From: Octopus bimaculoides
Taxonomy: Eukaryota
Direction: 5' to 3'
Length of the DNA: 44,735 nucleotides
Assembly (NCBI RefSeq): GCF_001194135.2
Contig: NC_069000.1
Location: forward strand, 10,238,413 to 10,283,147
Part shown: positions 12,916 through 24,388 of the stretch, piece by piece
Layout of the letters: each line of letters opens with the position of its first letter
Numbering within the stretch: position 1 is the first letter of the stretch
The notes under the pieces: generated by a model
What the model saw: the letters and a program-made list of their open reading frames with translations, nothing else
Databases searched by the model: none
Told to the model about the DNA's origin: nothing
Made by a program: the position numbers and the translations under genes

Positions 12916-13805
12916 TGATGAGAATAAATGTGATATGTTGGCAATCAAAACCGAGGAAAACACGGAGGAGCCGGGTAGTTAAGATGAGCTGAAAAGAATT
13001 GGAGATTCTCGCAGATGAAATGATGAAAGATGAGGTAAAAGTGGACAGTGATGGNNNNNNNNNNGAGGAGGAGAAGTGATGCTGGGGTTATTGGTGTCTT
13101 ACTCATGCCAGGGTTGAAAACCAAAGACATAAAAACGTCAATGGTGATATGAGAGAAATTATTTTAATCTTGATAAATATCCAGATGTAACGAGATATCT
13201 GGGGGTTTTCTCTGCCCGGCAAAAGCACAACTGACTTTCAAGACAGGGGCTCCCGTAGTAGGTAGGTGGGTGGGTGGAGCGGGGGTGAAAAATAATAGAT
13301 AAATAAATAAAACAACAAAATATTAAAAAAAAAAAAAAACAATCATAATAGAAGAAAGCTGAGATGACTCATGTTTTAAGAAAAGCTTATACAACATAGG
13401 CTATAAAGCCAGTTTCTGTATTCAACAATTACTGTATTCTTTTCACCCTAACACTACACTGTAAGCAACAATAATGGTGCATATTTAATTCGAACAAAAC
13501 AGTTGTGATAATTACAGCATATTAACAAACAAGATGCTGGTTTGGTGTCCCATTGGTACGAGTTCAAATCTTGGCAAAGTGGGCGGCAAGTATGGAACGC
13601 AAACATTTTCATAGGCTTTGTAACTTTTACATCTTTTGTTTTGATGCAATGACAAGTTCAGTCTCCCATGGACATGGCAAAGGATCAAATTGCACCTGGC
13701 ACTCTTTGGGAAAGTGCTGCAATACAGTTTCTATCAGTTTGACCCTTTAGCGTTTGGATTACTCTGTCGAATGTAATGCTCATTTATTCATATTGCTTTG
13801 GATTA

Positions 13806-14070
13806 TTATTTACATTATTTACATTCAACGGATATTTGTCCTCCTCTTGTTTGTTGTTAACACAACGTTTCAGCTGATATACCCTCCAGCCTTCTTCAGG
13901 TGTCTTGGGGAAATTTCAAACCTGGGTTCTCATTCCTAAGGTATTTTTCGATGTTGTTATTATTATTATTATTATTATTGTTGTTGTTGTTGTAGTTCAG
14001 GTCACTGCTTGGAATTGAACTCGGAATCTTGGGGTTAGTAGCCTGCGCTCTTAACCACTACGGGCATATG
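13806..14070 (-). mobile_element. tRNA-headed SINE-like element with internal (AAC)n(AAT)n spacer and hammerhead-containing 3' body
   Basis: Head ...CGTAGTGGTTAAGAGCGCAGGCTACTAACCCCAAGATTCCGAGTTCAATTCC (A-box and B-box like); tail AATGTAAAT x2; flanked by duplicated gctttg(g/a)atta (13795-13805 and 14071-14081). Confidence 0.75.
13859..13904 (-). ncRNA. Putative minimal type I hammerhead ribozyme
   Basis: GACAC-CUGAAGA-A-GGCUG(GAGGGUAUAU)CAGCU-GAAA-CG-U-U-GUGUU: core CUGANGA and GAAA, stem I GACAC/GUGUU, stem II GGCUG/CAGCU, palindromic ACGU in place of stem III. Confidence 0.65.
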
Positions 14071-14910
14071 GCTTTGAATTAATCATGCATTATCTTGTAG
14101 TTTCAAGTTTTCAATGAAGTAATTGCTTATTTTTAGAAAGACATCATGGGATAGGTGTAAGAGGCCAGATCTGGCCACTTTCAGCATAAAATATATAGAA
14201 TATTTGAGTCAAATATGGTCTGTTTAAACAGACCAGGGTATCACACACATAACAAAACACAATAAGATGCATAACATATAATTTAATTATTACATATCTA
14301 ATACTTATATAACACAAAAAACACTCTACAGATTGTCAATAAAGTAAAAATAAAATTGTTTCAATTTACTCCTTCTGTTAGGGCCAGTACTGGTTTTTGG
14401 CCCACTGGTTGGGAACCCCTACCCTAGTCAACTGAATTCAAAGTTGCCTTAAATACAGTATGGTAGTGTGAATTTCAATATCTTGAAACTTCAAGAATTC
14501 GCCTTGTGGAACTGTGCAAAAGAGGTTATATATGTTGAAACTCTGCATCAGAAATAAAAGTTTTGGGTTCAAATCAAACCTGTGGCTATGTTTATATGTG
14601 GGAAGAGGACAGCTTAAAATGACTGGAGAATTTAGAAGTGGAAAAGATGAGGGTCATAGACTGGTCAGTTTATTTCAGCAATAACATATCTCAAAACTGT
14701 CACAAACAGAAGTTATATATGCGTTGGATGCAATGCTAAATAGACAAATTGTTGTTAGAGCTTGGAAAATAATATGCACGTACACATGTGTATATGCATG
14801 TATGTGCAATCTATATGCTAACTTTCTTTTTATCCGCGAACATACCGGAACAGTTCCTCCAAAAGGTTCAGCCTGTTTACACTGCCTCTTGTCTCATCTC
14901 CTGTACTTAC

Positions 14911-14962
14911 TTTATCTGCCTTGAAAGCCAAAGTGGACCAGGGTTGGGTAATGATATTTGAA
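14911..14962 (-). CDS. Candidate exon, (D)SNIITQPWSTLAFKADK, phase-compatible with 15429-15555
   Basis: Perfect donor AAA|GTAAGT. Needs the weaker acceptor ctaag|. The upstream tttag| acceptor (exon start 14969) would give (D)SKFKYHYPTLVHFGFQGR then stop. Confidence 0.3.
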
Positions 14963-15428
14963 CTTAGAGCTAAAGTGACATAACCAAAATAAGTAACAAG
15001 ATATTCTGTACAATGCTCTACTAATTCCACACAACCCACTAATCCCATCTTGTATAGATGTGTGTGTGTGTGTGTGTGTGTGTATTTGTGTATGTAAAAC
15101 ATGTAGAAACAACCAAAAAATGACAAATGAACCAAACCAAAACCAAAGAGATCACAAATACACCTACAAAAACACATTTTTCAAGAGGTAGATTAGAATT
15201 TACTCATTAAGGTAATGATGTTTTTGTTTTTGATTTTTTTTTTCTTTCTCTCACTAAGGCTACAATTTTAATCAATTAAAACTTTATGGCTCACATTAAG
15301 TACGTTATTGTCTGATTTACATTTGTTTTTTTGTGTGTGTTCACACACAGACTCAATAAAACAACAGAAATAACACCAAAATAAAATATATAAATAGATA
15401 GATATATGACAAGAAACTTGCGACTTAC

Positions 15429-15555
15429 TCCATGATATCTGCTACTCCTTGTTTGCTGGCTTTTGGACCGATACGACGCAGGTGGTAGCGTCTCCAGCCA
15501 TTGCTGTTTTTAGGCCCACTGTCAGGCATGGCTTTCATCACAGAAATAGATGGAA
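15429..15555 (-). CDS. Internal coding exon of an unidentified protein: xPSISVMKAMPDSGPKNSNGWRRYHLRRIGPKASKQGVADIM(D/E)
   Basis: Strong acceptor ttatttttcttcttcttttcag|, perfect donor GGA|GTAAGT, only one frame open, GC- and CpG-richer than flanks, not like any repeat in the window. Confidence 0.55.
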
Positions 15556-15977
15556 CTGAAAAGAAGAAGAAAAATAAACAATAAAACAAACAAATAATAA
15601 CAAGAGCATGCAGAGAGCGCAAACCTCTGCCAAGGCAACACCCAACGTCCTCTCAACGATTAGCCAGAAATGATTTTTAAAATGAGAAGATTTGAAATAA
15701 ACTCAACTGCTCTCACAAACAAGANNNNNNNNNNNNNNNNNNNNNNNNNNNNNNNNNNNNNNNNNNNNNNNNNNNNNNNNNNNNNNNNNNNNNNNNNNNN
15801 NNNNNNNNNNNNNNNNNNNNNNNNNNNNNNNNNNNNNNNNNNNNNNNNNNNNNNNNNNNNNNNNNNNNNNNNNNNNNNNNNNNNNNNNNNNNNNNNNNNN
15901 NNNNNNNNNNNNNNNNNNNNNNNNNNNNNNNNNNNNNNNNNNNNNNNNNNNNNNNNNNNNNNNNNNNATAACACTAA

Positions 15978-16013
<36 letters not shown>

Positions 16014-16221
16014 ATACAAAGAATATATATGCATGTATACACACATATATGTATATACTTACATCTACATGTGTATATAGATGCATATCAGGGTACAGGA
16101 CGTTAGAACAATGAACTACAGACCACGGAACGAACACATAGGAAAACAGATAGCCACTTGGAATTAATCCTTCGTCAACTGCCTAGAGTGAGAGAGAGAG
16201 AACTTTTAAGTTAGATACCAG

Positions 16222-16582
16222 TATGGCTGTGCGGTTAAGTAGTTTGCTTTGCAACTATGTGGTTGTAGGTTCAGCCCCAGTATACACCACCATAGGTGAC
16301 TACCTTCTGCTACAGTCCTGGGTCAACCAATATCTTGTGAGTGAAATTGGTTGGCAAGAACTGAGTGGGAATTTCATTGTATGTATCTGTACCCCACAAC
16401 AGTGCTTGACAACCAGTGTTGGTTTGCTTACATCCCTGGAACTTAGAAGCTCAGCAAAAAGAGACTGACAGAATACCAGATATAACAAAAAAGAAATAGT
16501 ACTGAAGGTTGCTCTTTCAAGGTAGGGCCTCAGCATGGCCACAGTCCAATGACCGAAACAAGCAATGTACAAGACAATAAAA
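16222..16582 (+). mobile_element. SINE family A, near full length
   Basis: ggctgtgcggttaagtagtttgcttt...ggttcagcccc...ccttct...cttgtgagtgaaattgg...cagcatggccacagtccaatgaccgaaac. Confidence 0.8.
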
Positions 16583-17249
16583 GATTTTTTTTAATTACTG
16601 ATTGCTTTAATTTACCTTACAGAACTGAACTCTCTGCTTGCAGTTAATCCAAAGGAAAGTAGCAGGAGAAGGTAACCATTCCCTCCTCGGGTATTCACTT
16701 CCTTTTCGCTATTAAATGGGTTAGGGTACGGAATAACAAGGCATTCAATAAATCACTAAAGGAAAGAGAAAAAGACCTGATTGTTCTGAAGTGATGAATT
16801 ATGGGTAAGTACAAGTTCCTAATACAATGGTGCGAGAGCCACAAACAACAACAACAGCAAACCCGAGATTTTCTCAAGCAATTGCTTAACATGCATCTCA
16901 CCTCTATCTCTCTCTCTCTTTCTCTCCCGCTCTCTCTCAATACCTAGGTATAACAGGTTTAATATGATGTGTCATGGTATAGAACCATTATATGAGGATT
17001 ATTTATATAAAAATGGTTTTGGGGGGGGGGGGATACTGGGTTTTCTTTCAAAGTTTTAATGGGTCAAGTCTCTTCCATTGTATTTTTACATGTCAGAACT
17101 TAGTAGTGTTGTTGTTCATGAATTTGACAGTAAATAAAATTTCCAGATATTGTCCCTCAAACAAAAGATCTCAGGGGAGTGATTTCATCATATAATATTA
17201 AATTGTCAAGACTTCTATAATGCTGATATATGTATATATATATATATAT

Positions 17250-17415
17250 ATATCATCATCATCATCATCATCATCGTTTAACGTCTGCTTTCCATGCTAG
17301 CATGGGTTGGACGATTTGACTGAGGACTGGTGAAACCGGATGGCAACACCAGGCTCCAGTCTGATTTGGCAGAGTTTCTACAGCTGGATGCCCTTCCTAA
17401 TGCCAACCACTCATA
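17250..17415 (-). mobile_element. Family C LINE 3' end, well preserved, (GAT)n tail
   Basis: (cat)n cgtttaacgtctgctttccatgctagcatgggttggacgatttgactgaggactgg. Confidence 0.8.
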
Positions 17416-17992
17416 TATACATATATATATACATATATATATACATATATATATATCCTAAGGAAGACTAAACATTAACATTTACTGAAATTCTATCATT
17501 CAAAACCCTACTTAGGACAAAATTGAAATTAAAACAAAAAACTTTTGCTTTTAGTGTTTTATGAATGAACTTGGTAGATGGCAACTGTATGGAAGTTCAG
17601 TGTGTGTGTGTGTGTGTGTATGCAAGGGGGTACTGGAAAGTTCCTGGCTTTCAGTAAAAGAAAATACAGGGGGACCAGTTAATTATGATTTTATTCAACA
17701 TATTCTCCCTCTCAGATTCACACCCTTATTACAACGGTCCTTCAGTTTTTCTAAAGCTCGGTAAAAGAACTCAGAAAGTTGGGCCACCAACCATGCCTTT
17801 CATGATACCCTTAAATTCAGGTGCTTTTCAGCACTCCCTTGTACGAATACATACACACACACACATTGAGGTTAGAAAATCGCAAAAGAGTCAGCTCAAA
17901 CGGACAGCCAGGTTAAAGTGGCTATGAATAATACTTGTCAGTACAACTACTGTGTTGATCTCTAAGAGAGATTTTAGAAATAGCATTTTTGC

Positions 17993-18041
<49 letters not shown>

Positions 18042-19146
18042 TACAAATGTATATGTGCATGTGTGTTTGTCTTTGTGCTTATCCACCAATACCATTCAAC
18101 AACAGGTTGCACCACTTGGTTGCAAAGCAACCTTTTTATCCACCCAGCCTTGCTGTCACTCAAAATATATCAGTGTTTGGGTGTGGTTCGAACTCACAGT
18201 CTCAGCATTCCTTCCTGTGTGTCTTTTACAGTGAAGATACTGTCTCTAAGAATGATGCACTGACTGACAACCATAATTGACAACTATCGGTAAGGAGGAG
18301 AGCTGGATAGAAAGCTGATCCATTTGGAAACTTCTTCACAGAAATGCCTACAGAAAGAGAAACTTCCACCACCACCATCACCACTACAATACCAATAATC
18401 TACAAATACTGGCCATCTACCCTCACCTGCATCGCAGATGTGGTTGTGAACCTATGTCATCTGAGTAACTGCCCCTTGCAATGCAATTTACAAACCCACG
18501 TTCTAAATGCTGAACAACATGTGGGTCTCTCACTTTTGTCATAAAGACATGAAACCACAACAAGCCTTCATGTTTTCTCCCATTCTCTGCATTTTTGGAA
18601 GAAGGACATTTTTCACCTGAAATATTTGCATTATTAAATGCATTAAGGTAAAAGCGTAATCTTTATCCTTATTTATATTTAATCTTTAATCTTTGCCCCT
18701 GCTGCATTATTTTGCTTCCTAAATCAGTAATGGCAATGATGATGTGTACAAACACTTCCCTAAAATGGATTTTAAGCTTTATATTCATGTACACACACAC
18801 ACATATACAATATAGACACACACATACACATACACACATACATATTCTCTGTAATACACAAGTCTCAGCAATCCTTAATTAAAGCTTTGCTGCCACTTCA
18901 TGGCAGCTGAATCTCTCTATTTGAAATATAGCAAAGAAGAAAAAAAAAATCCAAGTTCAAACTCAAGCAAGGGAAATGTGTGTGTGTGTGTGAATGTGTG
19001 CACACAACTGTGTATAAGATGATAGCATGAACTTGAAGGAATCATCATTCAGAGTAACCCCCCACCCCCCACCCATCCCAAAAATTATCATGTTAGATAA
19101 GAGAGTATTGTAGTTCGCTTGAAGCATTGTGTATTGTTTGTAAAGA

Positions 19147-19289
19147 ATAAAAAGTTTAGAAAGGTATAACAATGCACTATAGAACAAAAAATGGACTATA
19201 TACCTGTTGTAACTTGGTTATCTATAGTCTGATGATATAGTCCATTTTTTGTTCTATAGTGCATTGTTATACCTTTCTAAACTTTTTAT
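19147..19289. repeat. Perfect 55-bp inverted repeat with 33-nt spacer
   Basis: 19147-19201 is the exact reverse complement of 19235-19289. Confidence 0.95.
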
Positions 19290-19699
19290 CATGTTAGAAC
19301 TTTTAAAAACTATTGCATATTCAAATTCCTATTGGTTGCTTGTATGTTTTATGTTTTAAATCTCAAGATAGTAAGCTCCCCAATAAAGTTAGTATAGCCA
19401 CGATTATTACATAGATTATATGTAAAGACATAAGCCAGATGGATACGACTGGCCTTATATATTTCCAGGCTGGTGGTGGTGGTGGTGGTGGATACTTCCC
19501 AAGAGCAGACCAAAGTCTACTCAAGAATAACAACCACAATATCCAGGTACCCAAAATAATGAGGGAGCGTTTTACAGGGCTGGTCGATCTGGTGGAAATA
19601 GTAGCTAATTCTGCCTTAAATTACACTATAACAGTGAAAAAAAAGGGGGGGGGGATAAATTGGGTAATACAGTTTTAAATATGCGTTACTGCCACAGAG

Positions 19700-19857
19700 G
19701 TGGGGGTAGATCAATTACATCAACCTCAGTGTTCAACTGGTGTGTATTTTATTGACCCCCCAAAAGGATGAAAGGCAAAATTGACCTCAGCAGAATTTGA
19801 ACTTGGAACATAAAGACAGATGAGATATTTGCTAAGCATTTTGCCAGCTTGCCGCCT

Positions 19858-19858
<1 letters not shown>
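19700..19858 (-). mobile_element. SINE family B
   Basis: ttgaccccccaaaaggatgaaaggcaaaattgacctcagcagaatttgaactt...cagcttgccgcct. Confidence 0.8.
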
Positions 19859-20433
<575 letters not shown>

Positions 20434-21547
20434 TATATACTCCAAAACAGAAACGGCTGACCAGAGTTTGAACTCCTTTGGTCATTGGTCTGCTTGGTCA
20501 AGGCTAACCTAGGTAGGGCTAAACAACGATTAATCCTTTTATAAAAGGAAGCATTTGGCAGGATAGATTATTTAAATCTGCTTAAAAATGTCAATAAACA
20601 TTCCTTTGCGAAGATACTTCTTATTGCTGCTCTTGAGCTAGTAAATGTTAAGCTCTGGATGGGTGCGAGAGTGACGAAACTAGTTGGTTTTCCAAATAAA
20701 TTAACTTGCAGAATATCATACCCTCAATAGTGAAGGTGGTGGTGGTGGTGGTGGTGGTAGTGGCGATTAGGTGGTATTGGTGTCTGCTGTTGCTGATGGT
20801 GGCGCAAGAAGTGGCATTGGTGGTGGTGATAACGGCTGGGAAGAGGGGTGGCTGGGTGGCGAAGGTGACGACGATCGTGATGATCCGTCAACATCACCAA
20901 CGCCATTGACTTACAACCTTTTAATAGTTCGCATTCCAGACCCTTCAATTAGTGTCACCAATCTGCCATTGTATGACTATATGCTGAGATACACGCTCTG
21001 TGACATCAAGGATAATAAAAACAAAACAGAAAAACCCCCCAAAAAACCCAAAAAAACAGGTTGAACATCTCTTGGGAAAATAACCAGAAAATGTGTGTAG
21101 GTCTCCGTTGTTGGTGAATCTGTGTATTTTGTGATAGAAATTCAACTAAACAAATAACGCTGGTCAGAGAGATTCTCAGAAACAGTAGTAAACGAGGTTA
21201 AAAGTAAATCCTTTCATAAAACCCAGAGATGGTATTTAAATTCCAACCTCTGTAGTGTTAATCCTTTAAGCTCTAAGACTTATTTCACACTTTTAATGTT
21301 CACACAAGATATTTCTGGATCCAGGAAAGAGGAAGGAATTCAGCAGACCTACCTAACACGAATACTCCTGCCTCACAAAGATATCATTTCCTTGAGGTAT
21401 GCATAGCTGCAAGTTCTTATGCATATTCTCAACAATTAGGAAATAGACTGCTTTCAATTTGACCTTAACGTATTTGTGATAAATGTTAGTTAAAAAAAAG
21501 TGCTAATTTATTATTCTTTATTATTGAGGATTCTAATTATTTATTTG

Positions 21548-22040
21548 TGAAGGCGCGAAGCTTAGTGGTTAGGTTATTCGGCTTACAATCATACCATCAG
21601 GAGTTCAATTCCTGGCGGCGCATTATGTCCATGAGCAAGACACTTTATTTCATGTTGCTCCAGTCCACTCAGCTGGCAAAAATGAGTTGTACCTGTAGTT
21701 CAAAGGGCCAGCCTTGTCACACTCTGTGTCATACTGTATCTCCCTGAGAACTACATTCAGGGGACATACACATCTTATTTCTTTATTGCCCATAAGGGGC
21801 TAAACATTGAAGGGACAAACAAGGACAGACAAAGAGATTAAGTTGATTACATCGACCCCAGTGTGTAACTGGTACTTAATTTATCGACCCCGAAAGGATG
21901 AAAGGCAAAGTCAACCTCGGCGGAATTTGAACTCTGAATGTAGCAGCAGAAGACAAAATACTGCTAAGCATTTCGCCCGCCGTGCTAACGTTTCTGGCAG
22001 CTCGCCGCCTTAAGGGTACACATGTCGGCAGAGTGCCCAG
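21548..22040 (+). mobile_element. tRNA-headed SINE family F, interrupted by a family B copy
   Basis: Head gcttagtggttagg...ggagttcaattcc, CORE-like gtccatgagcaagacacttt, body ...gagaactac; resumes taagggtacacatgtcggcagagtgcccagccac. Confidence 0.7.
21776..22010 (-). mobile_element. SINE family B, near full length and CpG-rich
   Basis: Minus head AGGCGGCGAGCTGCCAGAAACGTTAGCACG..., B-box GAGTTCAAATTCC. Confidence 0.85.
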
Positions 22041-22084
22041 CCACATGAGGCAAAGCTAACCTCGGCAGCATTTCAACTCGGAAT

Positions 22085-22285
22085 GTAATAATAATTGTCT
22101 CTAACATAAACACAAAGCCCGAAAATTTAGGGGTCAGAGGTTAGTCAATTAAACTAATCCCAGTACCTGACTACTACTTTATTTTAGCAACCGTGAAAAG
22201 ATGAAAGGCAACATTGACCTCAGAGAGATTCTAACTCAGAACATAAAAGGCCTGGACAAATACTGCAATAGTCTTAACAATTCTT
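22085..22285 (-). mobile_element. SINE family B, degenerate
   Basis: tcccagtacctgactact...aaaagatgaaaggcaacattgacctc. Confidence 0.65.
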
Positions 22286-22589
22286 GCCAAAGGAAGAGGA
22301 TGAGGAAGGATAGGATGGAGATGCAATTCTCTAAAAACATCTGAAACCGTACTTCTCCTCCCTTCACCCCCTCATATCAGATGGCTACTTTACATGAATA
22401 TGGAAAAAGAAAAAAAAGAGCGTCCAGTAAATTTCTAGAGACCAATTGACAATAAGTGCTTGTCTGTAACAATGACAAGGAACTAAAAACACATCAAGCT
22501 AATTGCTGCTCATTGCCAACTTAACTTAGACATTCTCAAGAATTTCAACAAGTGAACAAAATACACTTGAAATGTCAGAATAAAATTAC

Positions 22590-22960
22590 TGTTGTGAATG
22601 AGAGAGAAGTTGGGGGAGATGGAGATAGAAAGATAGATATAAAGGTAGAGATGGATAGATGGAGACAGACAGAGAAAGACAAATAGAGAGAATGGGATAA
22701 TGAATGAGAGGAAGAGACAGCAAAATAAATAAAGGAGATGGTGACAGAGAGATAAATGGATGGAGACAGATATAGAGAGCAAAAAGAGAATACATAGAGA
22801 GACAAAGAAAAGGAAAAGGAGGAGAACAGACAAAAAAATGATGGAATGAGAGAGGAGAGAATATGGTAATGGAGAGGGAAAAGGATATAGAGAAAAATAA
22901 CAGAAACAAGAGACAAACTAAAAAAAAAATGGAGGGGGAAAAAATGATAAGAATGATACA
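22590..22960. repeat. Long purine-rich (GA/AGAT-type) low-complexity tract
   Basis: Direct reading. Confidence 0.85.
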
Positions 22961-23164
22961 AAGATTTTAAAAAGTCAGCTTAAAGAAAATGGAAAAAGGT
23001 GGAGGTCGTAGTGGAAAATAGAATCAATGAGAGAGAAAGAGAGAGAGAGAGAGAGGGAGGGAGAACAGGTGAAGTATAATGACTATTCAAAAGGTGTTTG
23101 TTTTTCCCCCACAGCCTTATAGAAATAAAGGTGTTATTGCATTGTTTTCTGCGAAAGAATAAAA

Positions 23165-23172
23165 CATACATT

Positions 23173-23217
<45 letters not shown>

Positions 23218-23272
23218 CACATATTCATATATATATACACTCACACACATATATATACATATATATACACAT

Positions 23273-23307
<35 letters not shown>

Positions 23308-23370
23308 CATATATTTTTACACATATACATACATATATACATACGTACACAGACACACACACACACCATA
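23165..23370. repeat. (TA)n/(CA)n compound microsatellite
   Basis: Direct reading. Confidence 0.9.
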
Positions 23371-23717
23371 AATAGATAGATTCAAATCTTCACAAAAGAA
23401 AAGTTAAAATGCAACTTATTTGCTGTCAATATAGAAAAACAACACCATTATTCCTATCATCACCATGGCCACCACTACTACCATCCACTATTGTGAATAT
23501 TAATGTCACCACCACCACCGACAGCACTGTGAATACTACTGCCATTACCACCACTAGCACACCACTACAACAGTAACAGCCCACAATATTTTTCTCACCT
23601 ACCACTGCAGAGCCATCGCAGCCCATGCTACAACTATCACTAAACACCACTTCAGCACCACTCATCAAACCCTCGACTGACATCTTGACACCAAGGTTAC
23701 TGCCCATACATTAAACT

Positions 23718-24388
23718 CAGGGGTTCTTAACCATTTTTTGCGTAATAGACCCCTTTGATTTCTATTTTACTTGGGTGGACCTTCCTGGCCATTTGATGTT
23801 TAAAAGATCCTATTGTATTTCTATGATTAAATATTATTAGAAATTGTATAAAAAATTGTTAAAATATTTTGTGTATTGTGGATATAAAACCAAGAACTTT
23901 ACTGGTCTGAAGCACAGTTTTTTCATTGCTCCTGATAAATAATCATAGGTACAGGATTGGCTGTGTGGTAATTACCTTGCTTACCAACCACATGGTTCTG
24001 GGTTCAGTGCCACTGCATGGCACCTTGGGCAAATGTCTTCTGTTATAGCTTCGGGCCAACTAAAGCCTTGTGAGTGGATTTGGCAGATGGAAACTGAAAC
24101 AAGCCTGTCGTATATATGTATATGTTTGTCCCCCCACCATCACTTGACAACTGATGTTGGTGTGTTTACATCCCCGTAACTTAGCAATTCAGCAAAAGAG
24201 GCCAATAAAATAAAGTACTAGGCTTACAAAGAATAAGTTCCGGGGTCAATTTTTTTGACTAAAGGCGATGCTCCGGCATGGCTGCAGTCAAATGACTGAA
24301 ACAAATAGAACAATAAAAGATCTCTGATTTACTATATTGCATCCCTGGGCCCCCAGGATCCAATATGGACCCCAGTTGAGAACCTCTG
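23718..24388. mobile_element. hAT-like MITE interrupted by a family A SINE
   Basis: Termini CAGGGGTTCTTAAC ... GTTGAGAACCTCTG; imperfect flanking duplication cattaaac(t)/cattaacc. Confidence 0.55.
23953..24320 (+). mobile_element. SINE family A, full length
   Basis: tggctgtgtggtaa...gggttcagtgcc...ccttgggcaaatgtctt (CORE-like)...aaagccttgtgagtggatttgg...gcatggctgcagtcaaatgactgaaac. Confidence 0.85.

Larger units (their letters stand above)
13738..14240. mobile_element. piggyBac-like MITE interrupted by the hammerhead-bearing SINE
   Basis: Left part ttgaccctttagcgttt...ttattcatattgctttggatta; resumes gctttgaattaatcatgcattatcttgtag...ggccagatctggcc; collinear with the intact copy at 44060-44280. 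Confidence 0.75.

Noticed and set aside
16150-16185. Minus-strand TTGACGA-A-GGA-TTAAT-TCC, resembling a decayed hammerhead 5' half
   Set aside because: C3 is mutated and no GAAA follows; at most a relic, worth rechecking only against a family consensus
19229-19260. CTGATGA in the hairpin spacer as a hammerhead core or snoRNA C box
   Set aside because: No GAAA after the putative stem and no matching D box with terminal stem
20724-21064. Gly/Asp-rich and His-rich ORFs, and a candidate minus exon ending at the donor at 20909-20914
   Set aside because: Mostly (GGT)n-derived low complexity; the best acceptor gives stops in all frames
23426-23707. 93-aa Val/Gly-rich minus ORF
   Set aside because: Degenerate (CCA/CTA)n low-complexity tract
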